Made by a program: the position numbers and the translations under genes
DNA from: Phoronis australis
Lineage: Eukaryota; Animalia; Phoronida
Direction: 5' to 3'
NCBI GenBank assembly: GCA_002633005.1
Contig: NMRA01000125.1
Location: 653,566 to 717,565, forward strand
DNA: 64,000 nucleotides
The notes under the pieces: generated by a model
What the model was told of the DNA's origin: nothing
Databases searched by the model: none
What the model saw: the letters and a program-made list of their open reading frames with translations, nothing else
Shown here: positions 25,921 to 39,671 of the stretch, one piece after another
Layout: each line of letters opens with the position of its first letter
Position numbering within the stretch: position 1 is the first letter of the stretch

Positions 25921-26283
25921 CGTAGTTGCCGATCTTATTTTAGGAGGTTGATGCGTGATCAATATAGGAGCGCCTCGTGATCAGGAGCAGTTGCCAGTCC
26001 ACTCTAGCCCCGAAGGTGGCCGCCCTTGACAGTCTTGTACCGAAGATCTATGTATCCCGTCGATAATAGATCACCACGTTGTCACAATGGGCTCTGACGT
26101 CACGGCGTAGAGCACACTTTGGAGGAAAACCATTGTGCTAAGTGGGAACCTTCACTTACATGTAAAGGCTACTATGGTCAGTCGACGGTACATGTACTTG
26201 TAGTTGATTCGCTGCTTACGATAGACCTGCCACCTTCAGATATCCTCATGCTCATTTGTTGTGACTGGATTGTAGCATACCGA

Positions 26284-26733
26284 CAGTGGCGGATCTAGGA
26301 TATCACAAGGGGGGGGCAATATTTTGTGTGTAAACATTTGCTCAAAGCACGATTGTAGATGCGCATGGNTCTGTTTTTTCATTCCATTTTCTTTTAAAAT
26401 GAAGTGATTTTCTTCATTGCACAGTGGAGCAGACGACGGAAACGGAGTCGTATTGCCCAGTGCCTCTGACTACCGGTCACCTGAGATATCGCGGGAGAGC
26501 CTATACTTAGCCATAGTTCCGTTTCGATTGCCCCGTGTTCCAAATTTGACTCTTGAAATTGGATCTGAGCCCCCCCCAACACTAAAACTGCACACATTTA
26601 AATCTTGTTTCAGCCGTATAATTTTAATTACCGGGTTTAATTAGTAAACTGAACGTTTCCCTACACTCTTGCTGTTTTATTTTTTTAAGGAAGCCAAAGG
26701 GGGGGGGGGCGGGCCCCCTGCCCCCCCTAAGTC
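26284..26733 (-). mobile_element. Second, inverted copy of the 24904-25920 element (gapped)
   Basis: Starts CAGTGGCGGATCTAGG. Its reverse complement aligns to 25840-25920 and 24910-25280. N gaps lie at 26369 and 26734. Confidence 0.8.
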
Positions 26734-28236
26734 NAATGACCAATGATGACACTACACGAGACCTAGTGTCTCAATGTTTCACTTCACCCCTGTTAAGTGA
26801 TCAACGTTGAATTTTAACCGAAACGGCCTTGAGTTTTAATAACATGACTACGCTCACCCACTCTTCAATTATTGTCGCAAATTCCAGCAACTCGAGCAAC
26901 AGGCATTTCGCATGCGCCATTTTTGGATCCGTAATTTTTGGGTTGGGCAACATCTGAAGCGGTCTCGTTAGTAGCTGATGGCTTCAATGTTCTTGTTGGT
27001 AATGGAAAGAGTATCCTATCACGGTCTAAACAATTTCATGAGAGTAAAATGTCTAATAACATTTTTGTGTTTTAGCCACCTGAATAGGTTGAAGTGAAGT
27101 GTTAATTTTCAGTTTCTGTAGACCTTTACAATGTAATTGGCCAAAAACTCCAAGTTACCGGGAGTACAGTTATGCACCGCCAGGCCATATGTACAAGTAG
27201 CATGGTCACCATGTCATTGCGTTTGATCAATAATTCCACTCCGCAAGTGAAAATCTCATCATACGAATGACGGAGAGTTATTACGTTCTTACTAAGCATG
27301 TAATTGCTAAATGAAAATGCCCAGTGGTGAAGGATGTACTGCATCGTATGATGTTACAGATACAGTTGAATAATTATATTGAAATTATATATACAGCACC
27401 TCCATAGACAAATGGAATAACATGTGATAGCACGATGTATAGCACGTATTTTGTAAAATTGTTCACATTGCAATCAAGGTATGTGGTGCTATTAAATATT
27501 CCGATTGATAGAGTTATGAAACGTCATAGCGTGTGAGTGGCAAGTAAATGACGTACTAAGCAAACAAACCTTGCAGCGCAACGGTACTATCTGCACTAAA
27601 CCGTGAGTTTTCTTTTACGATACTGTCCTACTATGTCGTGCATTACGTGTGAATAGATACATGTATATACGTTTTGGCCTTGAACTGGATTTGTTTTGAC
27701 GATTGCACCTAAAACTGGACCTGTCGCCTGCTGTCGCACCTTTGCCTTGTCATACTGTTTGGCCAAGATGAGTTACGAAACATAAGGTGGATCTGTTATT
27801 CTCAACAACCGCCACCCAAGTCTCTCAAAGCGTTAGTAACGGTTACAGATGCAGATTTTATCAGAAAAGATGATTCAAACATTTTCATCCTATGATGGAA
27901 GTAATTGACCTTTCTCTGCTTTGTGCTAATAAAGTGAATGATGCAGTTTCATACCGGGAGAGAACCTGAGTACACGTACACGTAGATTTGTTACACCATA
28001 CAGGTGTATATTCGTTAGACATTTCTTAGTCGTTCCGAGAATTCTGGGCACATTTTATAGACTGGCAATCATTCGTTTTTTCTAACGACTGACGGCCACG
28101 CCATCTTTTGGATGCATCCATTACCATTGTCGTGACGAGTTATTTTCACTTCGCACCAATCATAACTACAATTCCCAAGTAACTGCAATAAGCGACAAGT
28201 TTGTTCATGAGTTTCAGGTTCTGCAGGACCCTCGAA

Positions 28237-28530
28237 AAATGGCTAAATTTGGGCAAATTCGGAACATCACATCTCAGAAATGGCTGATTGGATTCATACC
28301 AAACCATGCTTGATGCACTGTTCTCTAAAACGGTGTTAGGAATTGTTTTAAAATGTTCAATTTCTTGTATGAGGGTCTATCAAAATAGTAATTTCACGGT
28401 CTTTATGAAAAAAGCTCAAATGTTGCATAAAATGAAAACGAGATGATAAATGTAACAGCGTTTTTGACATTTTATCTTGAACATTTATATAGAACAAAAT
28501 TTGGTAGTGCTATTGATACCGTTGTTTTGC
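28237..28530 (+). repeat. Dispersed repeat family, copy 1 (second copy ~59043-59330)
   Basis: Shared blocks TCGGAACATC, GAAAT.GCTGAT.GGATT, TGCACT.TTCTC, GTTAGGAATTGTTTT, TTTATGAAAAAAG, AACAAAATTTGGT, TATTGATAC. Confidence 0.7.
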
Positions 28531-29757
28531 TATGGATGAACTTAACTTTCTTCTTGGTAATGTTTAATGTATAGTTTTGTAGATACTTGGCTAAACACAC
28601 ACACAACGCGATTTAGGTCCTACATGTACATAACCCGTTAATAGAAAAAGGGAACTGTTAAAGGACTGTTGACCCTTCCACATGTTGGGTTTCTGTAAAT
28701 ACATGTATGTTATGGTCTCATACTGGCAACTCCCATTCCTATATTTGCAGACACGCCATGACTGAAGGCTTTTGTTAGCGGACATTTGAAGAGGCTGGTC
28801 AGGATCTTGAAGTTTAAAGCGTTCGATTGTCTGTTACGCCACCTACTGGTAAGTACACCATGTATCTAATCAGCACTTTCAAAGAAAAATAACCACTAAG
28901 ACAAGTTTTTGACACTGTGGTATATAACATACCTAGTACAGTGTACATAGCACTCAGAGTTGGTTCGATTTGAAATATCCATCTGATTATGGTTCATACA
29001 TGTATGTATGATTTTTAGATTTTAATCGTGACCAAAATCCATTGAAACATCGATATAAACTCACTTTTATGTGGTTGAGGACTATTCGTTGCATGCACTC
29101 TCAGGCTCGTCTGAAGCCTGTGATAGCCATTCTCTGGAGACTCAGTCAAGCCTGCAGAGACTGAACATAACGTAAACGTACTGTGTAAAGTATAGTGTCA
29201 CTCTTCTCCCGGTGCTCCATTCCCCGGCCTCGAATTATCATCCCAAATGGTAGTGATCAAACTATCACTGGTGTCACGGATTCTTCCTCCCTTACGACAA
29301 CACTTCTCAATTCAATTCTTCCCTTTCGGGGAGTAGAAAACCACGCTTCATACACATGAGTGACTGACCAAGTTTTTGGCCGCTAAACGTTTTTGACTGG
29401 TGTGACCAACAAGTAAAGAGTGACATATCGAGCCCGTGGGTCTATTGGCGTAGAAACAGAATTTACTATGGGAAGGCAAACAAAGTTTCAATGCAGAAAT
29501 ATTTTTTTGTTGTACTGGACAGTAAATTAGATGCGAGAATTTCTCATCACAATACACTAACCGGAAACTTCACCAGATAATTTAGGAAACTGGCGCCTCC
29601 TCTAGGGTATCACGGAAGAAAATGTCGGAGTTACGAGTCTATGCTTGCACTGATGCCGCCATTCCACCACGTGTCACGTTGCGCTTGTTGAACAATGCTG
29701 TTGACGTCATGTCAAAAAGGAAACTTGAGACTTAAACTGTCATGAAACGGAACCCAG

Positions 29758-30190
29758 TGGCCGATTGCATGAAACAGTCCCAAATAGGGACTCAACTAAG
29801 GTCCGAAGTCTTTTTGCGTATTTGTGTCTTTATGGACTCACAGATGCAATATTTTTCTATCATTTCATCTTTATTATGAGCTCCTCTTTGATTAATGACA
29901 TTTTCTAATAATATTACTAAAAAGCGAATCCAGAGTCAATTAAAAATAAATAAGGACTCACGCATTAAACTGAGGGTGTTGCATGAAAAGATCCCTAATT
30001 ATTTTCGATAATATTAACAATTCAACGTAGAGTTCACTCTCGATTTGTATCAAAGTCGAAAGTTGACATGGTAATGAAACTACAACAATAAAAGAAAGGG
30101 TAATCGGAGTTTCCAAAAGTTCAAAAATGCGCAGTGAATTTAGGGAACTTAGTTGAATACCTATTTGGGACTGTTTCATGCAACCTGGCA
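29758..30190. mobile_element. PIF/Harbinger-type (Tourist-like) MITE
   Basis: ~40-bp TIR TTGCATGAAACAGTCCCAAATAGG..TCAACTAAG at both ends, flanked by a 3-bp TSD CAG/CAG. Confidence 0.8.
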
Positions 30191-31399
30191 CAGGGCTCTA
30201 TCACGTTAGCCTGTCACAGCGTACGTATCATTTTCTTCGCGGAATGTTGTCTCAACAAATAACTAAACTTTCAGTTCTTTGCAAATCCAGAAATCACGCC
30301 TTATCTAAGTAAGACAAAAAGTTGAGACCAATTTTATAGCTGTAAGTGTTCAAAATCCAAAGTTAACTTTTTGGACGAAATGTGTCTTTATAGCCGATTT
30401 AGCCATGTTACTTTGCAATTGTCAATTACGAAACAATATATTTTCTTTTATCCGTTGCAAAGTAATTATACAATAATTAAGTTGCGCCTGAATGTCATGC
30501 CATGCAGGTACAGGTGATAATACGACGCACGTTTTGCATTGAGCATTGCTTGGTAAACAGGGAAACAACACCCAAGAATTGATATCCCTTTAATTTAGTG
30601 CATACCGGAATCTACGATAGATGTCGCCACCTGGCACGATTCACCAGCACTCAATCAGAATAGGTTATAGAACTCAAACCGTGTATCAACAAACCGCTTT
30701 TGTTTTTGTCGTTCGAAACTCGTGGTTATGACAAGTGCACGTTATATAATAGCGAATGGTGTGGCGACATGACCCAGTCACATTCTGCGGCAACGGCTGC
30801 TGTACTGGTTGTGACGGTTCACCCTCAATAGATGTCGCCCGTTACGCACCACCTGTTGGCTTTTCGGATTATCAACACGAACATGTACATGTATAGTCTA
30901 TACACTATGCCGACTTTCATGAATAGAGCAGCAAAAGACAAAGAGCAAGGCTTAGATTAGGGGCCTATACAGCGACTCTTTCAACTGTTGCATTTATCGC
31001 ACATTGTTAAGACTTATTCCGGTGAAGGGTGTCTGCTTGAATTTTATAGCCTATGCCACTGCCTGTAATTAATTAACTTTTTGCGTAACACTTTTCTTTG
31101 CGCGCTGTTTTGTCGTGCTGACGCAATATCATCGCCTGATGAACTAGCTGATAATTGAACCTATGTAGAAACGCATCGAGCGCTTGGTTTTTTGTATTTT
31201 GTTCAAAAACTGTAATTATTTGATTGCCGCGTGGTGATGTCATCTGCTGTTGATTGCCTTGTACATGTACGTGCGGTGATTACTTAAGTTCCCGCCAGTT
31301 TCGAGCAGTCACCATTAGTTTTCTTGCGTAGTTAAAGATCGATAGAATATGCACTGAAATAAATCAAACTCGTTCATTTTGGCTGTATCGTGTCAAGCT

Positions 31400-31520
31400 A
31401 TATGCATGTATATAGGTGTATGTGTGTGCATGCGTGTGTGCTTGTGTGCGTGCGTGCAGGTGCATTTGTGTGTGTATGTGTATATATGCATATATGTTTG
31501 TGTGAGTGAGTGTGTGTACA
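31400..31520. repeat. Degenerate (TG/TA) microsatellite
   Basis: Alternating purine-pyrimidine tract. Confidence 0.85.
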
Positions 31521-34500
31521 TACACGCACTTTTATTATTGAAATAAATAGAAATGTTAAATATTCATAAATGAACTTTATGCTGACTTCAAAATAAATTG
31601 CTTTTCTGAATTATTAATTGCTGTGTCAATTAACAATGACTTTCAAAAAAATAAAATGGCAAGAGAAACGTAGGAAAGGACAGACTAGAGGGCAGCGTTG
31701 CATTTTTTTTAGAAGTATCTAATCACTTTCTAGAATTCTTAACCATTTTGCTAATTAAACTTTGAAGACTTCATCGTAAGGGTTTAGCGCAATTCAGTGA
31801 CAATTAAAGTTAATCATGGTGAAAATTCACCCACAAAACGTCCAAAACCAAATTAACGATGTTTTGGTTGCAGTTGGTGTTGCTCACAATTTTTAACAGT
31901 CACATGTATTTTACATTCACTTTCAAAGAAGTACAAAAATACAACATCAAATGAAGACCAAAATATAATGTTATTATAAGTATCTGTAGTATATGTATGT
32001 AGCTGTGAAGAGTCTACCCATGGTCACGGGCTACACCGTGGAATCCTAATAACTCAAGACATGGAAGAATGAACTGTTACTCACTCCACGCCAATTGTGG
32101 CGTTTCAAGGTGCTGGAGAACTTGCGTGTAGGCTAAATTGGGCCCAGTCCGAGTTACGTTAAGAGCAATTTTGCAGCGAACGCCGTCAACTAGTTGCGGC
32201 GATCTAATGACCCATACCTGTCAGACTGTATTTGCAAAATTCTTCATTTCGTCGCTCAGTTTACACTCCTAAGTAGTTCGGATACTCGTTGCGGGTGGTT
32301 GAAACAACAAACATTCGGGACATACCTTCGTTGAAGAATGCTTTGTGACTTGTGATTACTGCAACAACTGACTGAAAGAACAAAGCGATCTGTCCTAATG
32401 CCCGTGAGCTTAATAAGCAGGTTTTGTTGAAACTTTTCCTCAATTGACCTATCGCAAGCTCCGCCTCTAGTGCAATGTGGACAAACAAACAATAACTTTT
32501 ACCCGGCAACGTGTTGATTGTCGGGTAAAATGGCGACTTGGAAACGAAGGTTTGTCAAGAATGCTGCATCCTGATTGGTCAGTTAAGTCGTCATTCAAAA
32601 TCCTGGCAATAGATCAATTATTGAGGTCCTGCTTACAATGTTACGAGTCATACATGAGTGAAACTACAGACGGTAAGTGCGTTGTGATCATCATCATGGC
32701 CACTTCTCACAATGTCGCTAGCAGAACACTGTATTTTGATTTACAGAACCACTGACTGCGCTTCTGTTTTCGTATCTCATGGAGGTTACATAATAAGGAA
32801 CAGTATACAATTTATGATTGAAATAATAAACATCGATTGAATAAATATTTATCTAAAAATACAGAAAATGGCAGAAATAGGAGACAATTTAAAATGTGAA
32901 ATACACATGCAAATCAGATCGTACAGTAGCTTAGTATCATAAAAACTGACTAAATGACCTCATTTCGGGTAGTTTACCATACAATGTACTGTAATGACTG
33001 TAGGGACTGGTTGCGCGACAAACTGACACGACACTGTGACCTTTGTTATGAAACCATACGCGACATTTTGCGAGAGAAGAACAAGGTGATGAAATATGCT
33101 AGAGGCGTTACTGTTCCAAAGACTTCATGAGTTAATGGATTTGTATAGTTAAGACTTACATGTACATGCAAGAGAGTTATCGTTTCTGCTTTTGATAAGG
33201 CAGTCCTCTTTCAAAACATTTGTTTGACTGCTTGTGAAATTGCAATATCTGAGCTTGATACCGAAAATGCCTTTAAGCAGTTCAGTTCGTTGAAAGACTT
33301 AGTTGGTACATTAACATTTCATTGTGATTTGGACTTAGGATGTAACGAAATTTTTTTTATTCAAACTAGTCTGCATACATTCTCGTCTTGGTTTTCAAAT
33401 GGACTTTGCACAACCCTTACAAAATGTTGGGGCAAATTACGCTCCCCACACCCAAAATTAAGCTAATGATTTCACCTCTGAAAGGAATGAGGGATTCGAA
33501 CCATCCAAGGGAGTACAATGTACTGCCAGTAGTCCAAGATACACATGTATCTGCATTTCAAGCAGCAAAAGTGCACGAGGTAGCATCAATCCAATATCAA
33601 TTACCAGCTTACCGAGCAGAGGAGCTTATCACCATCGTGAAAATTCTTTGATTTTGGATTGCTTGTCTCATGTGAAAAATATATGGTGTGGAATGCGCAT
33701 GCCACGATATTCGTTCATTTAAAACGGTAAAAACGTAGACCTTTCGTATGATTTTGTTAGCGTGCGATGACAAGGCAGATCAGTCGTCTGCTGGGTGTTT
33801 TTGTTTACACGGCTATCCGATCAGCGTTCTATTCGGATGGCATGTGAACACTTTTATACGCGGAACCTCCGTTTTCAAACCATTTCAATGTAACTTGCAA
33901 AAATCGCTTGTTAACGAAAATGGAAACTTTCATTTCAAAAATGTTATGTAGTTTAGATTAAACTATTCACGCATGCTTTCTTGTAAATAATTGCCCATGA
34001 CTTAAACGAAAAAGTCGCGCACGTGGCTTCCTAAGTGGACGGTTCCAAATTGTTCAGTTGCAATTGCTACGCGATAAATCATAGCAATATAAAGTCATTG
34101 ATTTTGCTTAATTGCTCAGGATAAGTGTTATTGAAATTTGCATTAATAGAACGTCCATCCTAAATTAGTTTCAATTCTTATCTTCCATAAGACTTCGTCA
34201 TTGATGACTCTATTTCCAGCGTCGTTTCAACAAAGAAAACTAATATTTGTACGCGGAATCCCCGAGTCACGGAATAAGCATCTACAGGTTTGGTTCAGAA
34301 AAATCGATATATACCACCTTTGCTTTTACTGAATACCACGCGGTTGCGTAGGGGTTTCATACAGCGATACATATACGGTGATATTCAACCGGTTGTTGAA
34401 TTGTTGGGTTGATGACATATTTCTGCGCGTGCTTAGGTTGTTCTTCTTTCCCGCAGTTGTTAAAGTGTTCCTGCAATAGAATTTTGCACTTTTTGAGGTT

Positions 34501-34874
34501 TTAGGCTGTGTATAATAATTTTATAACCTAAACTCTAACTAAAGAAACATTTACTTGAAAATTTTGAGGAACTTTGAATTTTAACGAAAAATTAATGATT
34601 TTTGGTTTCCCTCCCCGTGATCAGTGGAAGATGTTGGTCAGTTGACAGCATATACACATGTACATGTATGCAATGGTGGGTAGTAGTGATTTTGTAAGTT
34701 ATGGAGACTTAGAGAGCCGAACTTGAGGAGCATTGTGAAGACTGGTATGGAGATGGGAGTGAAGCCGACACTTAGGTCAAAGGTGAAACAAAAAATGAGT
34801 TAGACCTCACCGTATCGGCGGACTGCACGTTTGAGGCCGCGAGTCAAGCCGGGTGGGACCCTACTCAGTCTGCG

Positions 34875-36023
34875 GATAGCCCTGATTTCAGATCAGACAT
34901 TTCTAGCCTTTTATAGGATCACTATTTAATTTTCTAGACACTTTAGTGTCGAGTAATATGTATATGTCACAAACTGTAAATCTATAACCAAGAGTAAATA
35001 CCTTGACTGTTAAAGCCCAGTCGCGAATAGCGGCCGTATTAATTCCATTTCTTCGAATGCCGATCACATTATTGTGATGTTAACAGGATTTTATTTCTGG
35101 TAAATAATACTCGTTTCTGTCTTGTTAGTTCCAAAATTACTGTTCTGTGCCTGACGGCAGGACTGAAACTAGGGATCATTCAACATGTGCCTGACAATCA
35201 GGTTCCCGGCCATAGTACAACACAATACGCTGTTTTTGTCAATCAAATGTACTTAAACATGGGCGGCGCACCATAGGGGACTGGGAGGGGGGCTATAGCC
35301 CCCACGTTTTTCAGTGCTACGCCGCACCTGGTCTATAGGCGGTGCACCACAGGGGGGCTGAAGGGTCTTTAGCTACCACTTTTTTCAGTGATGCGCAGCC
35401 CATGTTAAACCGGCGTTGTAGAATCCTTCTGCGGCGTGTTGAAGCACGATTCTNGATAGCCCTGATTTCAGATCAGACATTTCTAGCCTTTTATTGGATC
35501 ACTATTTAATTTTCTAGACACTTTAGTGTCGAGTAATATGTATATGTCACAAACTGTAAATCTATAACCAAGAGTTAATACCTTGACTGTTAAAGCCCAG
35601 TCGCGAATAGCGGCCGTATTAATTCCATTTCTTCGAATGCCGATCACATTATTGTGATGTTAACAGGATTTTATTTCTGGTAAATAATACTCGTTTCCGT
35701 CTTGTTAGTTCCAAAATTACTGTTCTGTGCCTAACGGCCGGACTGAAACTAGGGATCATTCAATATGTGCCTGACAATCAGGTTCCCAACACAATACGCT
35801 GTTTTTGTCAATCAAATGTACTTAAACATGGGCGGCGCACCATAGGGGACTGGGAGGGGGGGCTATAGCCCCCACGTTTTTCAGTGCTACGCCGCACCTG
35901 GTCTATAGGCGGTGCACCACAGGGGGCTGAAAGGGTCTTTAGCTACTACTTTTTTCAGTGCTGCGCAGCCCATGTTAAACCGGCGTTGTAGAATCCTTCT
36001 GCGGCGTGTTGAAGCACGATTCT
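34875..36023 (+). repeat. ~575-bp tandem duplication across an N gap (probable uncollapsed haplotypes)
   Basis: 34875-35453 and 35455-36023 are near identical apart from SNPs and one ~11-bp indel. The junction is the N at 35454. Confidence 0.9.
35258..35404 (+). mobile_element. Dimer of a ~72-bp TIR micro-element with 5-bp TSD (duplicated at 35827-35974)
   Basis: CATGGGCGGCGCA...TGCGCAGCCCATG flanked by TTAAA/TTAAA, with two internal units in tandem. Confidence 0.65.
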
Positions 36024-37189
36024 TTAAAATGGGCTGCCGCGAGCTCACAGTGGCCTGTGAACTGATCGCTTCCAATACCGTATACTGCCATACTCGTGTC
36101 TGACCTACGAACCTGTGTCATTTTTGAGCGATCTTAAGGTCTTTTGGAAACACAAAAACTATCCTATTTTTATTAATGCAGCTGCCACACGCGCATTTTT
36201 TCCTAATACTCGTCTTACGCAATGTTCAACTCTTTCTGAGACCGCGACTGGTTTAAATCAACACAACGGTGGAGCCGAACATGACACATTTTTACTTTTT
36301 AAGTCCTGAAAAAGTTCATTTACATGTTCAATTCTAACCGAGAAAAACTGTTTAAAATAAAACTCTCCAATATTACCCATAAAGACTATACGTCAGGTTT
36401 CACCAACGAATATTGGCGTTGAGCAGTCCTTGTCGGTATTAGAGTTTATGACGTCATGCATTAATTAGTTACTGTTAACATTTTAGTACATTTTTGATCC
36501 GGTGCTTTTAGACTTTGTTTACGGGTGGACTCCTGGAATAAGCGTCAGACGAGACTAACAACAACTTGGCTGAATTCACGGTAGCCTGATTTTATTACTA
36601 AACACTGCTAAAAAATCGTCAATCTCTGCATTTCTTGAGTGCACCTTTGCTTTAATATTTATTTTCACGCTACGTTTGCATTTCTGGCAAACTTATTTCG
36701 AGTGGCTTTTGATGGGTATTGAAGTCTTAATCGCATAGCCTCGCTCTGTTGATGTTTCAACAAAACCGCCCTTACTTACGTGCACTTATTTCGAGAATAA
36801 TGAAAACTTATCAATGAAACGATGCAAGCACTAAAATGTCTAGAAGCCACGTAATCAAAACAATATTTGGATGGTCATGCAAATTGCAAGAAGCAAAAAA
36901 GACAAAGTGTCGTCAGTTGCGACCTACATCTGAAGTATTTACAAAATGATCGTTTTATGCTAAATGAGTTGACCTGAAAAGCAATCATAACTTCATTCTC
37001 AAAGAAAGCATGTTTGAGACGGTTTGTAAATACGCCAAAATATGGCTGTTGAGGTCCTCTTTACCAGTTGTCGAGAATTAGATGTGTGAATTCGCCTTAT
37101 TTTAAAACTTGAATAGTTCAACATGACAAACGCGATGAAATGAGAATAAAGCAAGACCTCCGTTGAAATGTACACGTGACTCAACGCAC

Positions 37190-37895
37190 TTTTTTAATGT
37201 TTATTACGAAATCTTCAGAATACAATGAATATACATAACCCAGAAAGCGCCAAGAGGCATTAGATCTGGGTAAAAAATACAACGAAGTCTATATACAATG
37301 ATTATATACGAATACATAAATAAAAAAACTGATGTTAAGAATACAATGATATATGACAACGAATGAAAATAATTCATTTTCATACAGATGTATAACATTC
37401 TATCCATTCACACAAAGAGATTTAATGTTATAAAGAAATTCTGACACTATTTCAAATAAGACCTTATTTTCGTTTGAGTTAAGTTCTTGGCATCCATATA
37501 GAAAGAAATTAATTTTGTTGTACAATTGCGGAATTTCAGAATATTTTTTATAAACATTGGGGTATTGTTCGAGTGCCTGGAAGAGCTGTACCCTCTCCTC
37601 CTTGCATACCTCACAAACAAAGAAAACATGAGGATATGTCTGGGTATCTCCACAGGAACACAGAGGCGAAGTATTATTAAAATTATGTCTAAATTTCTCG
37701 TTGTTTAGGAATAGACCACATCTTGATCTGTATAGGGTTATTTCATGGTTGCGGGGAAGTTGGAATGATGTCAATGGGACTTGCAAGTCTGGAGTAGTAG
37801 TATGCATTTTAAATTTATTTTTGAGAGTGACGATTGAAGTGCTTTCTTTTATTTTGAATGGTAAGGAATTCCAGTTGTCAATACAAGTTAATATC
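37190..37895 (-). mobile_element. 5'-truncated CR1/L2-group LINE 3' end
   Basis: ORF 37400-37939 encodes WNSLP..IK.S.S...K, a C-x-C-x8-H-x4-C knuckle (LCSCGDTQTYPHVFFVC) and LYG...L...EN..LF..V..F. The 3' UTR has a stem-loop CCCAGA/TCTGGG, AATAAA and a short A tail. Confidence 0.85.
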
Positions 37896-39671
37896 GTTGA
37901 TCTTCTGAACACACTTATCCCACCCACACCCACGAACACGGTACCCCGAGTTCTCCTTTATACAAACCGTTATNTTTGGGAATGTCTTTTACAATAAGAT
38001 TCACTGGGTATGTTCAGAGTTACGAATTGCAGACGCTAAATATTGGTACTCCCTGTCTTCTAGTGAAATATATCGTCTCGTTTTCTACTTTTTTCGGAGT
38101 TCGTGCTTCTCTGACTGAAGCAGACCTTTTTCCATTTCTCCAAATAGGGGGCACGTTCGAGCTCATAAGTATGACAAGTCCAATTATATACAAAATGTTA
38201 TCATTTTTTATTCATTAAGCCAAAATGATTCAATCTTTTAACATAAGTAACTTAAAATACACAATACTTTACAACATTTAGCCATACAAACACTTTTCAA
38301 CAGCAAAATTTCCCATGATATGAAAGTGGACATACATGTAACTATTACCATAGTGACCGAATAGTGTTTCCTTACACCAGAATTTGACAAATACTGTTAA
38401 ACATTCGCTTTTGGCAAGAAAGGCGAAAAGAATATAAAGCAAGGGTGTCGAAAATGAGATTTTATGTAGTGAGTATTTTTGGATACTGGAACCACATGGG
38501 CAGTTTGAGACCAGGACTTTAATGTTTGCGTTTAATTCTTGCTTGCATGTACATTACTTGAAGAAAAAATACTTAAAACGTCATACCGAAATTGTTCGTA
38601 ACAGAATTCAAGCGCTTATGATCATGGTGTTTGAAGAGATTCGTTTTCATGGTACGTATAGTCCTACCAACAACGAAGTGAATTTAGCAAAGAACAAACT
38701 GAGGATTTAGGTCGCATACTTGGAAACTTTTTGTTCATGCAAAACCATGGCTCTCTAAAAGAAACCCATTTTGTCGAAACTAAGGAACTAAAAAAGTTCA
38801 TTTACATGTTCAATTCTAACCGAGAAAAACTGTTTAAAATAAAACTCTCCAATATTACCCATAAAGACTATACGTCAGGTTTCACCAACGAATATTGGCG
38901 TTGAGCAGTCCTTGTCGGTATTAGAGTTTGTGACGTCATGCATTAATTAGTTACTGTTAACATTTTAGTACATTTTTGATCCGGTGCTTTTAGACTTTGT
39001 TTACGGGTGGACTCCTGGAATAAGCGTCAGACGAGACTAACAACAACTTGGCTGAATTCACGGTAGCCTGATTTTATTACTAAACACTGCTAAAAAATCG
39101 TCAATCTCTGCATTTCTTGAGTGCACCTTTGCTTTAATATTTATTTTCACGCTACGTTTGCATTTCTGGCAAACTTATTTCGAGTGGCTTTTGATGGGTA
39201 TTGAAGTCTTAATCGCATAGCCTCGCTCTGTTGATGTTTCAACAAAACCGCCCTTACTTACGTGCACTTATTTCGAGAATAATGAAAACTTATCAATGAA
39301 ACGATGCAAGCACTAAAATGTCTAGAAGCCACGTAATCAAAACAATATTTGGATGGTCATGCAAATTGCAAGAAGCAAAAAAGACAAAGTGTCGTCAGTT
39401 GCGACCTACATCTGAAGTATTTACAAAATGATCGTTTTATGCTAAATGAGTTGACCTGAAAAGCAATCATAACTTCATTCTCAAAGAAAGCATGTTTGAG
39501 ACGGTTTGTAAATACGCCAAAATATGGCTGTTGAGGTCCTCTTTACCAGTTGTCGAGAATTAGATGTGTGAATTCGCCTTATTTTAAAACTTGAATAGTT
39601 CAACATGACAAACGCGATGAAATGAGAATAAAGCAAGACCTCCGTTGAAATGTACACGTGACTCAACGCAC

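Noticed and set aside
26760-26906. Possible second THAP remnant on the minus strand (MPVARVAGICDNN*R..RSHV)
   Set aside because: Only a few residues fit, and the W and C..HF motifs could not be recovered.
37400-37939. 179-aa ORF as a host gene (and its copy at 39882-40421)
   Set aside because: It is the C-terminus of a truncated LINE ORF2 fused to unrelated upstream sequence.
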